NCBI GenBank assembly: GCA_039985655.1
Contig: JBDWSF010000002.1
Coordinates: forward strand, 54,047-118,046
Length of the DNA stretch: 64,000 nt
Source of the DNA: Algibacter sp.
GTDB taxonomy: Bacteria > Bacteroidota > Bacteroidia > Flavobacteriales > Flavobacteriaceae
Direction: 5' to 3'
In this document: positions 28,405-38,696 of the stretch, piece after piece
Numbering within the stretch: the stretch's first letter is position 1
How the letters are laid out: each line of letters opens with the position of its first letter
Notes under the pieces: generated by a model
Seen by the model: the letters and a program-made list of their open reading frames with translations, nothing else
Database searches by the model: none
What the model was told of the DNA's origin: nothing
Translations under genes and position numbers: made by a program

Positions 28405-29024
28405 TTAGACTTGCTATAGCCGAAGATCATCAATCGCTTGTTGATGGCATAAAACTACTATTAGAATATGAAGATGGTATTACTATTGTTGGTACTGCTA
28501 ATGATGGTGAAGCGCTTCTTGAGGTTGTAGAGAAAAAGAATCCTAATGTTGTACTCACCGATATTAGAATGCCAAAAATGGATGGTATAGAAGCTACCAA
28601 GCGCATCAAAAAAAAGCATCCAAAAATTCATGTGCTTGCTTTTACGATGTTCGAGCAAATTGAAGCAATACAGCAAATGATTGATGCAGGTGCTTCTGGT
28701 TATATCTTAAAAAATTCATCTTTAAAAGAAGTCCACAAAGCCATAATAACAGTATTCAAAGGCGAAACGTATTTTGATGCTAATATTAATACCAATGCTT
28801 TAAATTCGGAATCTAAAAACAAAACAAAAGGCATTTTAACCAAACGCCAAATCGAAATTTTAGAACTTATTGCACTAGGTAAAACCTCTCGAGAAATTGC
28901 AGATTTACTTTTTATAGGAATCCATACTGTAGATACCCATCGAAAAAATATGGTTCGGATTTTAGGACTTCAAGGTAAAGGTGAACTTCTTCGTTATGCG
29001 TTAGAGAAGAAATATAAGTTTTAA
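28401..29024 (+). CDS. LuxR/NarL-family response regulator
   Basis: It has a REC domain (VVLTDIRMPKMDG) and a C-terminal LuxR HTH (LTKRQIEILELIALGKTSREIADLLFIGIHTVDTHRKN). It overlaps the kinase stop by 4 nt. Confidence 0.92.
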   Translation: MIRLAIAEDHQSLVDGIKLLLEYEDGITIVGTANDGEALLEVVEKKNPNVVLTDIRMPKMDGIEATKRIKKKHPKIHVLAFTMFEQIEAIQQMIDAGASGYILKNSSLKEVHKAIITVFKGETYFDANINTNALNSESKNKTKGILTKRQIEILELIALGKTSREIADLLFIGIHTVDTHRKNMVRILGLQGKGELLRYALEKKYKF

Positions 29025-29099
29025 ATTACCCAGAACTGGGTATTTTATAACATGGTTTTTTTAGTGATTTTTGGAAAAAACAACCAAAAACATGTAATC

Positions 29100-29918
29100 A
29101 TGAAAAAATTTTTTATTCTATTTACCTTAATTTATTCAAGTACAATTCTATCGCAAAGTATTAACACCACACATCAATTTCTTGGTCCAATTTATAATGA
29201 TAATAAAACGATTCAATTTAAAAAAGGACATAAAGTTTATATCTCTGAAATAAACACTGATAGTATAACTTTTGTTTACTATAATTTTATAAAAGGAAAA
29301 GATTCAATACGACAAAGTAAGCTAAATAACACATATGTTTTTGACATAAATAAAAAACTATCTGGGTATAACTCCGAAAGCACTTCCAATAATGATGGCA
29401 ATGATGTATTAAAAATAATTAAAACTCATAAATTATCGCTAGAAGATTTTAAAAACTACACAACGGAGTTATACCCTATATTTAAAGGTGTTTCCGCAGG
29501 TATTTTCACCGTCCCTTTTAAAATTCGATTAAATGATTTTGATTTCGAACAAAATGTAAATATTGGAATGAATCTAAGTTTCCCTTTTAGGTTAAATCGT
29601 TTAAAAGAAGATAAAGATTTACTAACTCCAACTATAGGCCTCGGGTTAGCCACAATAAATTTAAATCCAAAAAACAGTAATTTAGAAGTTACAGATGACG
29701 AAGATACTAATAGAACGGCAAGTGCCTTTAGTATGTCTTGGGGTTTAATGTATCAATTTACAAATAGTATAAACATAGGGTTTCAATATGGTTTCGATTT
29801 CTTAGGAAATAATGATAAAGAAGTCAAATGGAAATACGACAAAAAGCCATGGTTAGGTATTGGTATTAACATAGGCTTATCCCTATCTGATAACAAAAAT
29901 TCAAATGCTAATAATTAA
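29100..29918 (+). CDS. hypothetical exported protein, possibly an outer-membrane beta-barrel
   Basis: It has a signal peptide (MKKFFILFTLIYSSTILSQS) at the second in-frame ATG. The C-terminal half shows an alternating hydrophobic pattern, with aromatic residues near the end. Confidence 0.45.
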   Translation: MKKFFILFTLIYSSTILSQSINTTHQFLGPIYNDNKTIQFKKGHKVYISEINTDSITFVYYNFIKGKDSIRQSKLNNTYVFDINKKLSGYNSESTSNNDGNDVLKIIKTHKLSLEDFKNYTTELYPIFKGVSAGIFTVPFKIRLNDFDFEQNVNIGMNLSFPFRLNRLKEDKDLLTPTIGLGLATINLNPKNSNLEVTDDEDTNRTASAFSMSWGLMYQFTNSINIGFQYGFDFLGNNDKEVKWKYDKKPWLGIGINIGLSLSDNKNSNANN

Positions 29919-30127
29919 CTTTTAAGTTTATTCCTAAAAAAAGAGGTTGCCTAAAAAGTAAAATGAGTCGTCATATTGAGACCATAGGGGAAAAATTTCT
30001 CAAGCGCCTGGAATGAAGTAACTTACAAACTAAACTATCGAATTGCAAAATAACCGTTTCTAGAATAGTGTTTCATTACCTGTAATTGAGTATGGTTTTC
30101 AAAAATAGAGCTAGCGAATTTGGTACT

Positions 30128-30966
30128 CAAGTTTTTAATTTTGATGTCCATATGGTAGCCTTTCAAGCGTAATTTCTTTTTTGAAAGCAATTTGGTTTAA
30201 ACCATTAATCATGAAAAAAATCAGATTACATTCAGCAGAGATCGATATCGGAGCAAAAAAGCTTTTCTTGAGTATTGAAAACCAGCCCATATGGATGAAT
30301 TTAGGCAACCAAAAAACAATAAAGTTAGAAAACCTATTCAGCACCACAAACCAAATATAGAGAATATGGGAAAGCATTTGTTGGAGATATTCCAAGAAAA
30401 AGATGCCACGTACTACTAGGTATCACAGATTATAATTGGATGCAATTACTAGCAGATCTGGGGACCGATTTAAAGAAATGGAAATCAGAGAAACATTTTA
30501 CTTCGTAGTTGGGACTGGCAACCAAAACAGAATAATTAAGGAAAAAGAAATAGCAACTACAAAGCTAAAGGAACACCAAAAACAGGATTGATATTTAAGC
30601 AAGGCTACTCAACAGTAAACATATTGCATTAGGTGCATTTGGTAGAAAAATACGATCCAAAAAAGGAGGTTTGATTGCAATAAAGGCAGTAGCAAGAAAA
30701 TTGGCTGAATTATATTGAAAACTATTTGTAAAAGGGTTGGAATATCTAGAAAATGGAATACAGAAATATCAAAAAAAAATAGTATTAAACAAACAACATT
30801 CTGTTAAAAGAATGGCTAAAGAATTAGGTTTAGAGATTGTTTCCTCAAAAATATAAACAAATGATTTTAAACTCATTATAAAACAACGTCAATGGTAGAG
30901 CAGTCGAAATGTTTTGGTTATAAAAACTAAAACGTCAATTGCACTTAGTTAACAAGTATAAATTAC
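30128..30966 (+). pseudogene. IS110-family transposase relic (copy 2), internally deleted and frameshifted
   Basis: The 5' end (TTTTAATTTTGATGTCCATATGGTAGCC...ATGAAAAAAATCAGATTACATTCAGCAGAGATCGATATCGG) is nearly identical to the reverse complement of copy 1. About 0.65 kb corresponding to 12106-12762 is missing. It retains a decayed 3' part (…ITDYNWMQLLADLGTDLKKWKSEKHFTSWLGLA… …IAIKAVARKLAELY…) that copy 1 lacks. Confidence 0.75.
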
Positions 30967-31204
30967 TATCTAATACCAATTATCATTTTGAGTGATAATT
31001 GGTATTAACCAGAGTTCGATTAAAATTTACAATGCAATATGTTGATTTTCAATGAAAATCATCTGTTTTTTATATCCTGCAAGTTTTATTTTAACCTTGT
31101 AGGTATGGGGTTTGAGTAAAATAGAACTACAAGAGGTTTTCAAAACCTTGCAGAAAGATTATGGATAACTAATAATCAATGGGTTATCAATAAAACACAG
31201 GTTA

Positions 31205-31720
31205 TTAGATAGTCTCTTTTATAGTTTCAATAAAAGCATCAATATTTTCTTTTACATCATTTGGTATAATAGCATTATCAACCCACGTATGTAAACCTCC
31301 CAAATAATTCATTCCTAAATATTCTGCAGATAGTTTAAAAGGTTCTGCAAATCCATCATTTACATCATCAGAATTACTACAACTAAACATAATCATATTT
31401 TTACCGCGTAGTTTTCGGCCTATGTCTTTATGTGTTCTTATTAAATCAGAAATACGGTCAAAGAAAACTTTTAAAATACCACTCATACTATACCAATATA
31501 CTGGAGTAGCAAAAATGATCGTATCATAATTCTCGATAATTTCTATTGCTAAGTCAATAAAGTCATCATCAGCATTTTTATAATTGTAATCATAATGTCC
31601 AATGTTTTTTTTATGTAAATCAATAACATCAAAATTGCCATTACGCGCGATGTAATTAACAACCTTATTGGTATCGCCTTCGCTTCTTGAACTTCCTTGT
31701 ATAATAATAGTCCTATTCAT
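31205..31720 (-). CDS. flavodoxin-like NAD(P)H-dependent FMN reductase family protein
   Basis: 171 aa. MNRTIIIQGSSRSEGDT ... ATPVYWYSMSGILKVFFDR matches the FMN_red/flavodoxin_2 pattern. Confidence 0.7.
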   Translation of the reverse strand: MNRTIIIQGSSRSEGDTNKVVNYIARNGNFDVIDLHKKNIGHYDYNYKNADDDFIDLAIEIIENYDTIIFATPVYWYSMSGILKVFFDRISDLIRTHKDIGRKLRGKNMIMFSCSNSDDVNDGFAEPFKLSAEYLGMNYLGGLHTWVDNAIIPNDVKENIDAFIETIKETI

Positions 31721-31830
31721 ATAGCAAAGGAATAGCTTAAAATCAATATAAATGAAGGTTGAAGATAGAAAGTTTTAATGCGAGGTATGATAAAATCAAT
31801 AGCATTTCACTTGATTATTCAGGAATTTTA

Positions 31831-32574
31831 CTATGGATGGCATTGATTTAATTGAATGGTATAATTTGCAGCCAGTGTTTTTAAATAACTAATATAGTGC
31901 GTTTTGAGATCTTTAGTAGCATTATAGCCTTCTTCGAAAGATTTGATTGGGCTTATAAGTTCATATTGACATCCCGTAGAATTTAAAGTTTCATTGTAAG
32001 TTTTAATAGTTGTTGCTATTGAACTTTTAAAAGAGAGCAATAGTGTTTCTTTTTTCTGCTGTAATTCTTTTTTTTGTTGAAGCGTGAGCTTTGCTTTAAT
32101 TTCTGCTTCTTTTTGTTTTAAAATTTTCTGTTGCTGTATTAATTTTAGCTGTTTGTTTTGTAACTCGGCAAGAACGTTGCTTTCAGTAGCATCATCATCA
32201 TTCTTTATTGTGCTTACAGAGCATTTATCAATTTCAATAACACTTTCTTTACTTAGGTCTCTGGCACGTTTTACATAAAAACGACCATCTTCCCAAGTAC
32301 CAGCACCTTTTACTTTAACCAAAAGATCAACAGCTTTATCAGCAAGATTTATAGCCGCTTCACAATCGCAATGACCTAATGTGTTTTTAAAAAGTTTAAT
32401 AGCCTCTAAAGATCTATTCGAATAATATTTTAAATGACTTACGTTGTGAGAATCATAAGCGTCCTTAACATGAGAATATGCGCTAACAAGGTAATAATTT
32501 GCATCATCACAATCTGTTTGAGCATTAATAAATAGAGAAAAGGAAGAGAGTAGTAATAGATAGTATTTTTTCAT
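31831..32574 (-). CDS. hypothetical secreted protein with a coiled-coil middle region
   Basis: 247 aa with a signal peptide. It has several conserved-looking Cys residues and a Q/K/E-rich repeat (QQKILKQKEAEIKAKLTLQQKKELQQKKE). Confidence 0.5.
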   Translation of the reverse strand: MKKYYLLLLSSFSLFINAQTDCDDANYYLVSAYSHVKDAYDSHNVSHLKYYSNRSLEAIKLFKNTLGHCDCEAAINLADKAVDLLVKVKGAGTWEDGRFYVKRARDLSKESVIEIDKCSVSTIKNDDDATESNVLAELQNKQLKLIQQQKILKQKEAEIKAKLTLQQKKELQQKKETLLLSFKSSIATTIKTYNETLNSTGCQYELISPIKSFEEGYNATKDLKTHYISYLKTLAANYTIQLNQCHP

Positions 32575-32708
32575 GAGGTTGGTTTATAATATAAAGAGGT
32601 GCGACGAATGTATTAAAAACAATAAACATTAAGATGTCGTTTGTCGAAATTATGTATTTACTATATTTATAGAATATTATTCAAAATTTTAAGCATAGAC
32701 AATTTCAG

Positions 32709-33587
32709 ATGAAAAAAATACAAATTGACAATTTTAAAGTAACTACACGTATTAATTTAAAAGATAATTTAACAAAATACGATTTAGAAGCACCAGAAGA
32801 GGATGTTGAGGATGCTTTAAAAAAAGTAAGTAAGAAGTTGGGGAAATTACAAAACACCATGTATGCTCATGGCAAATATGCCGTTTTGGTTTGTTTACAA
32901 GGTATGGATACGTCTGGGAAAGATAGTTTAATACGGGAAGTGTTTAAAGAATTTAATGTTCAGGGCATTGGCGTGCATAGTTTTAAAGTGCCAACGGAAT
33001 TAGAGTTAAATCACGATTACCTTTGGCGCCATTATATTGTACTACCAGAGCGTGGTAAATTTGGAGTTTTTAATAGAACGCATTACGAAAACGTATTGGT
33101 AACCAGAGTGCATCCTAATTATATTTTAGGTGAAAATATTCCAACGGTAAACTCAGCTGAAGATATAGACGATGCTTTTTGGGATAAACGTTTTGAACAA
33201 ATAAATAATTTTGAAAAACATATTGCAGATAGCGGAACCATCATTTTTAAATTCTTCTTAAACCTCTCTAAAGGAGAGCAAAAAAACAGATTGTTACGAC
33301 GTTTAGATAAACAAGAAAAAAACTGGAAGTTTTCTCCAAGCGATTTAAAAGAACGCAAACTTTGGGCTAGCTATCAAGAGTGTTATGAAGATGCTATAAA
33401 TAGAACCTCTAAACCACACGCACCGTGGTATAATATTCCTGCCGATGATAAACCAACAGCACGCTATATTGTTGCTAAAATAATGTATGACACTTTAAAA
33501 CAATACACAGATATTAAAGAGCCAGAATTAGATGATGCTATTAAAGCTAATATTGAGTTGTATAAGGAGCAATTAGCTAAAGAATAG
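32709..33587 (+). CDS. polyphosphate kinase 2 family protein (polyphosphate:nucleotide phosphotransferase)
   Basis: 292 aa. It has a Walker-A-like motif (QGMDTSGKDS) and the lid region, and DYLWRHY, FNRTHYE and KFFLNLSKGEQKNRLLRR are PPK2 blocks. Confidence 0.85.
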   Translation: MKKIQIDNFKVTTRINLKDNLTKYDLEAPEEDVEDALKKVSKKLGKLQNTMYAHGKYAVLVCLQGMDTSGKDSLIREVFKEFNVQGIGVHSFKVPTELELNHDYLWRHYIVLPERGKFGVFNRTHYENVLVTRVHPNYILGENIPTVNSAEDIDDAFWDKRFEQINNFEKHIADSGTIIFKFFLNLSKGEQKNRLLRRLDKQEKNWKFSPSDLKERKLWASYQECYEDAINRTSKPHAPWYNIPADDKPTARYIVAKIMYDTLKQYTDIKEPELDDAIKANIELYKEQLAKE

Positions 33588-33696
33588 AGTTATATATGAT
33601 TTGTTCATTTGTAATAATATTTCTTAACATAATTTTATGTGCTTGATTAATTATCGAGGTTAAAGAAAGAGTATATTTAAATTCTAAATACATATT

Positions 33697-35109
33697 ATGT
33701 TTAAATTAAGGTCTGCACTTTTTTTATTTTCAATTTTAACAAGTCTATTAGCATCATCGCAAACAGACGAAGATATGTTGAAAAAGATATATAAAACCTC
33801 GTTGCAAAATGGAAAAAGTTACGAATGGCTAGATTATTTGTCCAATCAAATAGGTGGCCGACTATCAGGGTCTTTAAGTGCGGAGAAAGCTGTTAAATGG
33901 ACTAAAGAAGAATTAGATCAGTTAGGATTAGATAAAGTTTGGTTACAACCAGTAATGGTTCCAAAATGGATTCGTGGCATCAAAGAACATGCCTATATAG
34001 AAACATCATCAGGTAAAACAACAACCGTTGATATTTGTGCTTTAGGAGGTTCTATGCCAACACCTGTATCAGGTTTAAAAGCGAATATTGTTGAGGTTAA
34101 AAGTTTTGAAGAATTAGAAAAGTTGGGTAAAGCTGCTGTTGAAGGCAAAATCGTATTTTATAATAGACCCATGCAAAATGATTTGATTAACACTTTTGAA
34201 GCTTATAGTGGTTGTGTTAATCAAAGATATAAAGGAGCAGTAGAAGCTACAAAATATGGTGCAGTTGGAGTTATTGTCCGTTCTATGAACCTGCGATTAG
34301 ACGATTTTCCACATACAGGTAGTATGACTTATGATGATTTACCAGTATCAAAACGTATTCCATCAGCAGCAATAAGTACAAATGATGCTGAATTACTCAG
34401 TACCATGATAAAATTAGAAGCATCAACTAAATTCTATTTTAAACAAAGTTGTAGACAACTTAAAGATGTACTGTCTCATAACGTCATTGGAGAAATAACG
34501 GGGAGCGAATTTCCAAATCAGTATATGCTTGTTGGTGGACACCTTGATTCTTGGGATTTAGGTGATGGATCGCACGATGATGGAGCAGGTGTTGTACAAT
34601 CTATGGATGTATTACGATTGTTAAAAGAAACTGGAATTAAGCCAAAACGTAGCATACGAGTTGTTTTATTTATGAATGAAGAAAATGGTTTACGAGGCGG
34701 AAAGAAATATGCAGCAGTCGCTAAACAAAAAAATGAAAATCATGTCTTTGCTTTAGAAAGTGATTCGGGTGGTTTTTCACCTCGAGGTTTTGCTTTTGAT
34801 TGTAGCGATGCTAGTTTTAATCAAGTATTAGGTTGGAAACCTTTATTTAAACCCTATTTAATTCATTATTTTGAAAAAGGATATGGAGGTGCAGACATTG
34901 GGCCTTTAAAAAGTGATGCCTTGGTATTGGCTGGTTTACGACCAGATTCACAACGTTATTTCGATCATCATCATGCGAGTACAGATACTTTTGATGCCGT
35001 TAATAAACGCGAGCTAGAACTAGGAGCAGCTACCATGACAGCCTTGGTATATCTCTTTGATAAATACGGTGTAAATGCCTTACCACAATCTTCTAAAATT
35101 AAGAATTAA
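33697..35109 (+). CDS. M28-family aminopeptidase with a PA domain
   Basis: 470 aa with a signal peptide. The metal ligand blocks are GGHLDSWDLG.GSHDDGAG, FMNEENGLRG and HHHASTDTFD. Confidence 0.85.
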   Translation: MFKLRSALFLFSILTSLLASSQTDEDMLKKIYKTSLQNGKSYEWLDYLSNQIGGRLSGSLSAEKAVKWTKEELDQLGLDKVWLQPVMVPKWIRGIKEHAYIETSSGKTTTVDICALGGSMPTPVSGLKANIVEVKSFEELEKLGKAAVEGKIVFYNRPMQNDLINTFEAYSGCVNQRYKGAVEATKYGAVGVIVRSMNLRLDDFPHTGSMTYDDLPVSKRIPSAAISTNDAELLSTMIKLEASTKFYFKQSCRQLKDVLSHNVIGEITGSEFPNQYMLVGGHLDSWDLGDGSHDDGAGVVQSMDVLRLLKETGIKPKRSIRVVLFMNEENGLRGGKKYAAVAKQKNENHVFALESDSGGFSPRGFAFDCSDASFNQVLGWKPLFKPYLIHYFEKGYGGADIGPLKSDALVLAGLRPDSQRYFDHHHASTDTFDAVNKRELELGAATMTALVYLFDKYGVNALPQSSKIKN

Positions 35110-35523
35110 TTAAGTTTTTAAGATGTATGTTATTTGAGAAATGCCCCGTGATAAATTAGCAAGATTGTGTTCTGTGTAAAAAAAACACATAAGTTAGGTC
35201 TTCAAAAAGATACTTTCTCAAAGTGTTTTTAAAAACTCGATGTTTTTCGAATATCTCAACTAAATTTCTTGAAGAAGGGGCATTTAATTCTTTATGGTGA
35301 CAAAAAACTAATCCAGAAGTTGTTTATTATATATAATTCTCTTATTATCAGTTTTTTGCGTGTGATATCAAATAAAATATTAATAATTAACAAAGTTTAA
35401 ATAAAGTTTTAGTTAAGTTTGTGCTCGAGAACACTTCTTTGTTTTATTGAAATTAAATAAAATATTCTCCAATAATTAGAGCCTTTAAGCCATAATGTTT
35501 GAAGTATTAAACTTAAATAAAAA

Positions 35524-37197
35524 ATGAAAAATATTTTACCAATAATTATAATAAGTTTGATCTCGTTACTGGGAGTAGCTCAAACCAATTATTATGTATC
35601 TACTAGTGGTAATAATTCAAATAATGGTAGTATAACTACGCCATTTTTAAGCATACAAACAGCATTGGATTTAGCCTCAGCAGGAGATATTATTTATGTG
35701 CGTTCAGGTAGTTATGCCGAGAAATTATGGTGGACAAATTCTGGAACATCAGGCAACCCCATTACAATAACCAATTATAACGACGAGTCTGTAATACTTT
35801 CGGGAACTAGTGCCAGCAATGCTTCACAAGGTGCGCTCATATTAATTAGTAGTAAAAGCCATATTAGAATCAACGGTATTATTTTTGCCGATAATATTAT
35901 GAACTATGCCGATGGTATTTATGCTACGGGCTCTGGGACTGATATTGAAATTACGAATTGTGAATTTAGAAATATTGGGTGGACTTTAAGTAAAACCACT
36001 ATGCCATCATCAAGTAATAGTGCACATGCTATTATTTTTGTTGGCACAACAACCAATTCATATAACACGATCCTAATTAGCGAAAATTATATTCATGATT
36101 GTATAACGGGTTATAGTGAAAGTGTTACTATGGCTGGTAATATTGATTCCTTTATTATAGAAAATAATACCATTAATTTTAATACAAATATTGGTATAGA
36201 TGCTGCTGGTCATTTTTCATGGACTGGCGCACCAGATAATGTAAATTACGCTCGTAATGGGAGTATTAAAAATAATGTAGTAAGCGATTTTGATGGCCCC
36301 ACTGCCTTAGATGCTGCTGGAGGTATTTATATTGATGGAGGGAGTTTTATAACTGTTGAGAATAATACTGTTTTTAATTACAGTGTTGGATTCTCTATAG
36401 GGTGTGAAGTCGCAGGGAAATCTAATGAAGGGAATCTTATTCAAAACAATTTAGCGTATAACTGTAGTCTTTCAGGTTTATTTCTAGGCTCCAATACCAC
36501 AAGTGTGGTTAATGATACTGAAGTTTATAACAATACATTTTATAAATGTGGAACAGGTACTTATGATAATGGGCAGATAGCACTATTAAATAATTCAGGA
36601 AGTGATATAAAAAATAATATTATGTATCCAACTGATGGAAGATATGCTATAGTTCAGTTTGATGGAACCGTTTCTACTAATCCAGTAATAACATATAATC
36701 TGTTTTGGAGAGATAATTCAATCACAACGAATTTCTTTTATGGAATTACGGGAGCGCAAAACACTGTGTTATCTAATCCATTATTTGAAAACGTCTCGAC
36801 TTATGATTTTCATTTAACAGGGTCTTCTCCAGCAATTAATGCCGGAGACCCAAGCTATAGTCCCGAAGCCTATGTATATGATATTGATGGTCAATCAAGA
36901 CTTAATGGCGGAAGCGTTGATATTGGTGTTGACGAATATAATTCGACATTAGATACAAACAGCTTTCATAAAAGTGAAATATCTTTGTATCCAAATCCAA
37001 CACATGGTATTATAAATATTAATGATATTTCAAATTACAGCTGTGAAATTTATAATTTAAATGGTCAAGCCATTAAAATTAAAGAATACGGATTTGATGT
37101 TATCGATATCAGTAGTCAACAAGATGGCATGTATATTCTTAAATTGACAAACAACAATACATTAAAGGAATCTTATATTAAATTAATTAAGCAATAA
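35524..37197 (+). CDS. right-handed parallel beta-helix protein with a C-terminal T9SS sorting domain
   Basis: It has a signal peptide and repeated N-x-I/V beta-helix turns (ENNTI.., KNNV.., ENNTV.., QNNLA..). The C-terminus (SLYPNPTHGIININ ... YILKLTNNNTLKESYIKLIKQ) is typical of type A Por/T9SS tails. Confidence 0.75.
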   Translation: MKNILPIIIISLISLLGVAQTNYYVSTSGNNSNNGSITTPFLSIQTALDLASAGDIIYVRSGSYAEKLWWTNSGTSGNPITITNYNDESVILSGTSASNASQGALILISSKSHIRINGIIFADNIMNYADGIYATGSGTDIEITNCEFRNIGWTLSKTTMPSSSNSAHAIIFVGTTTNSYNTILISENYIHDCITGYSESVTMAGNIDSFIIENNTINFNTNIGIDAAGHFSWTGAPDNVNYARNGSIKNNVVSDFDGPTALDAAGGIYIDGGSFITVENNTVFNYSVGFSIGCEVAGKSNEGNLIQNNLAYNCSLSGLFLGSNTTSVVNDTEVYNNTFYKCGTGTYDNGQIALLNNSGSDIKNNIMYPTDGRYAIVQFDGTVSTNPVITYNLFWRDNSITTNFFYGITGAQNTVLSNPLFENVSTYDFHLTGSSPAINAGDPSYSPEAYVYDIDGQSRLNGGSVDIGVDEYNSTLDTNSFHKSEISLYPNPTHGIININDISNYSCEIYNLNGQAIKIKEYGFDVIDISSQQDGMYILKLTNNNTLKESYIKLIKQ

Positions 37198-37199
37198 TC

Positions 37200-38696
37200 A
37201 TGAAAAAAAATCTTATATATCTAGGCTGTCTTCTTATGACATTTTTGTCATGTTCTGAATACGAACAACCATCAATGGAAGTTTTTTATGAAACGGATAT
37301 GGACGAGTTTATAAATCCAGAACGCGGATTTTACAGACCATTCGGAACTATGGCAAGTCATTTTACACCATTAGACGCAGAAACATTACTTAATTTACGA
37401 AAACCAAATCCTGCCGCTGGCGGTTTTGAAGTTGCTAGCTCACTTACTTATAGGTCATATCAATTGGATATTTTTAGAGACCAATCTATATCTAATGAAA
37501 TGTTGATTGGTATTCAAAAGGATATGGATATTATTCGTGAAGTCGGTAACAAAATAGTTTTAAGATTTTCATATAGCAACACCTGTTGCACTCCGCCATT
37601 TAATGATGCCCCAAAAGCAATCATTTTAGAACATTTAGATCAACTAAAACCCGTTTTAGAAAAAAATAAAGATGTTATAGCAGTCGTTCAAATGGGATTA
37701 ATTGGACCTTGGGGAGAACAGTTTTATTCTGACTTTTTTGGAGATTTAGAACATGGTCCTGTTACCAATGAAAATTGGTTAGACAGAGCTTCCGTTATAG
37801 ATAAATTACTTGAAGTTGTTCCTGTATCTAGAATGATACAAGTACGTGCGCCATATTATAAACTACGTAGTTTAGATGGTGTTAATGCACATCCTGAAAA
37901 GGCAAAACCTTTAACTATTGATAATGCTTATAAAGGAACTCCAATTGCAAGAATTGGACATCATAATGACTGTATTTTGGCAAATTATGATGATTATTGG
38001 ACCTATAATTCGTTTCATAAATGGCCAGCAGTTAGCGACACATTAAATTTAAAAAAATATGTTGCAGCAGAAACCAAATTTCTTGTTTTTGGAGGTGAAA
38101 CTTGCCCTGGAGGAGATAAAGGTGAAGACGTATACAGTCCTTACAACGATTGTAATTCTGAAGGCGGTGGCGCACAGACTTATTTAAAACGTTTTCATAC
38201 CTCTTTTTTAAATACAGCATGGTCTGGAGCAGTAAATGGAGACTGGGCAAATAAATGTATTGATGAAATAAAACGAAATTTGGGATATCGATTTGTGTTA
38301 AAACGAGGTTTGTTTCCAACAGAAATAAGGAACGATAAAGCAGTTACTTTAGAATTCGATATTCTTAACGAAGGTTATGCATCAACTTATAATTACAGAT
38401 TTGTAGAATTGATTTTAAGACATAAAGGCGATCAAAAAATATTTAAAACTAAAATTGATTGTGACCCTCGGTATTGGTTTACAGATGAATTACAAACCAT
38501 TAAGCTTAATATAAAATGGACAGAAACATTACCAAAAGGTGATTATGAACTATTTTTAAATTTACCAGCCCCTGAACCAACGATTTATAATCGTCCAGAA
38601 TATGCCATTCGATTAGCAAGTAAATTAAACTCTAAATCTATATGGGATGAGACAACGGGCTGGAACTTGTTATTTTCTGACATAAAAGTTGAATAA
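37200..38696 (+). CDS. DUF4874/DUF4832-type lipoprotein (putative glycoside-hydrolase-like)
   Basis: It has a lipoprotein signal (LMTFLSCSE). FINPERGFYRP and MGLIGPWGEQ resemble the DUF4874/DUF4832 pair, called from memory. It starts 3 nt after the beta-helix gene. Confidence 0.55.
   Translation: MKKNLIYLGCLLMTFLSCSEYEQPSMEVFYETDMDEFINPERGFYRPFGTMASHFTPLDAETLLNLRKPNPAAGGFEVASSLTYRSYQLDIFRDQSISNEMLIGIQKDMDIIREVGNKIVLRFSYSNTCCTPPFNDAPKAIILEHLDQLKPVLEKNKDVIAVVQMGLIGPWGEQFYSDFFGDLEHGPVTNENWLDRASVIDKLLEVVPVSRMIQVRAPYYKLRSLDGVNAHPEKAKPLTIDNAYKGTPIARIGHHNDCILANYDDYWTYNSFHKWPAVSDTLNLKKYVAAETKFLVFGGETCPGGDKGEDVYSPYNDCNSEGGGAQTYLKRFHTSFLNTAWSGAVNGDWANKCIDEIKRNLGYRFVLKRGLFPTEIRNDKAVTLEFDILNEGYASTYNYRFVELILRHKGDQKIFKTKIDCDPRYWFTDELQTIKLNIKWTETLPKGDYELFLNLPAPEPTIYNRPEYAIRLASKLNSKSIWDETTGWNLLFSDIKVE

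Noticed and set aside
11847-30966. The two IS110 relics plus the 17 kb between them, considered as a composite transposon.
   Set aside because: The intervening genes are core housekeeping genes (dnaJ, grpE, ilvE, mnmD-like and others). Both IS copies are dead, and IS110-family elements do not normally form composite transposons. Past inversion remains possible but cannot be tested within the window.
35139-35285. A possible MITE bounded by the 9-bp inverted repeat AAATGCCCC/GGGGCATTT in the 414-bp spacer upstream of the beta-helix gene.
   Set aside because: A single 9-bp arm pair in a 400-bp region is not far from chance. I saw no target duplication and no second copy in the window.
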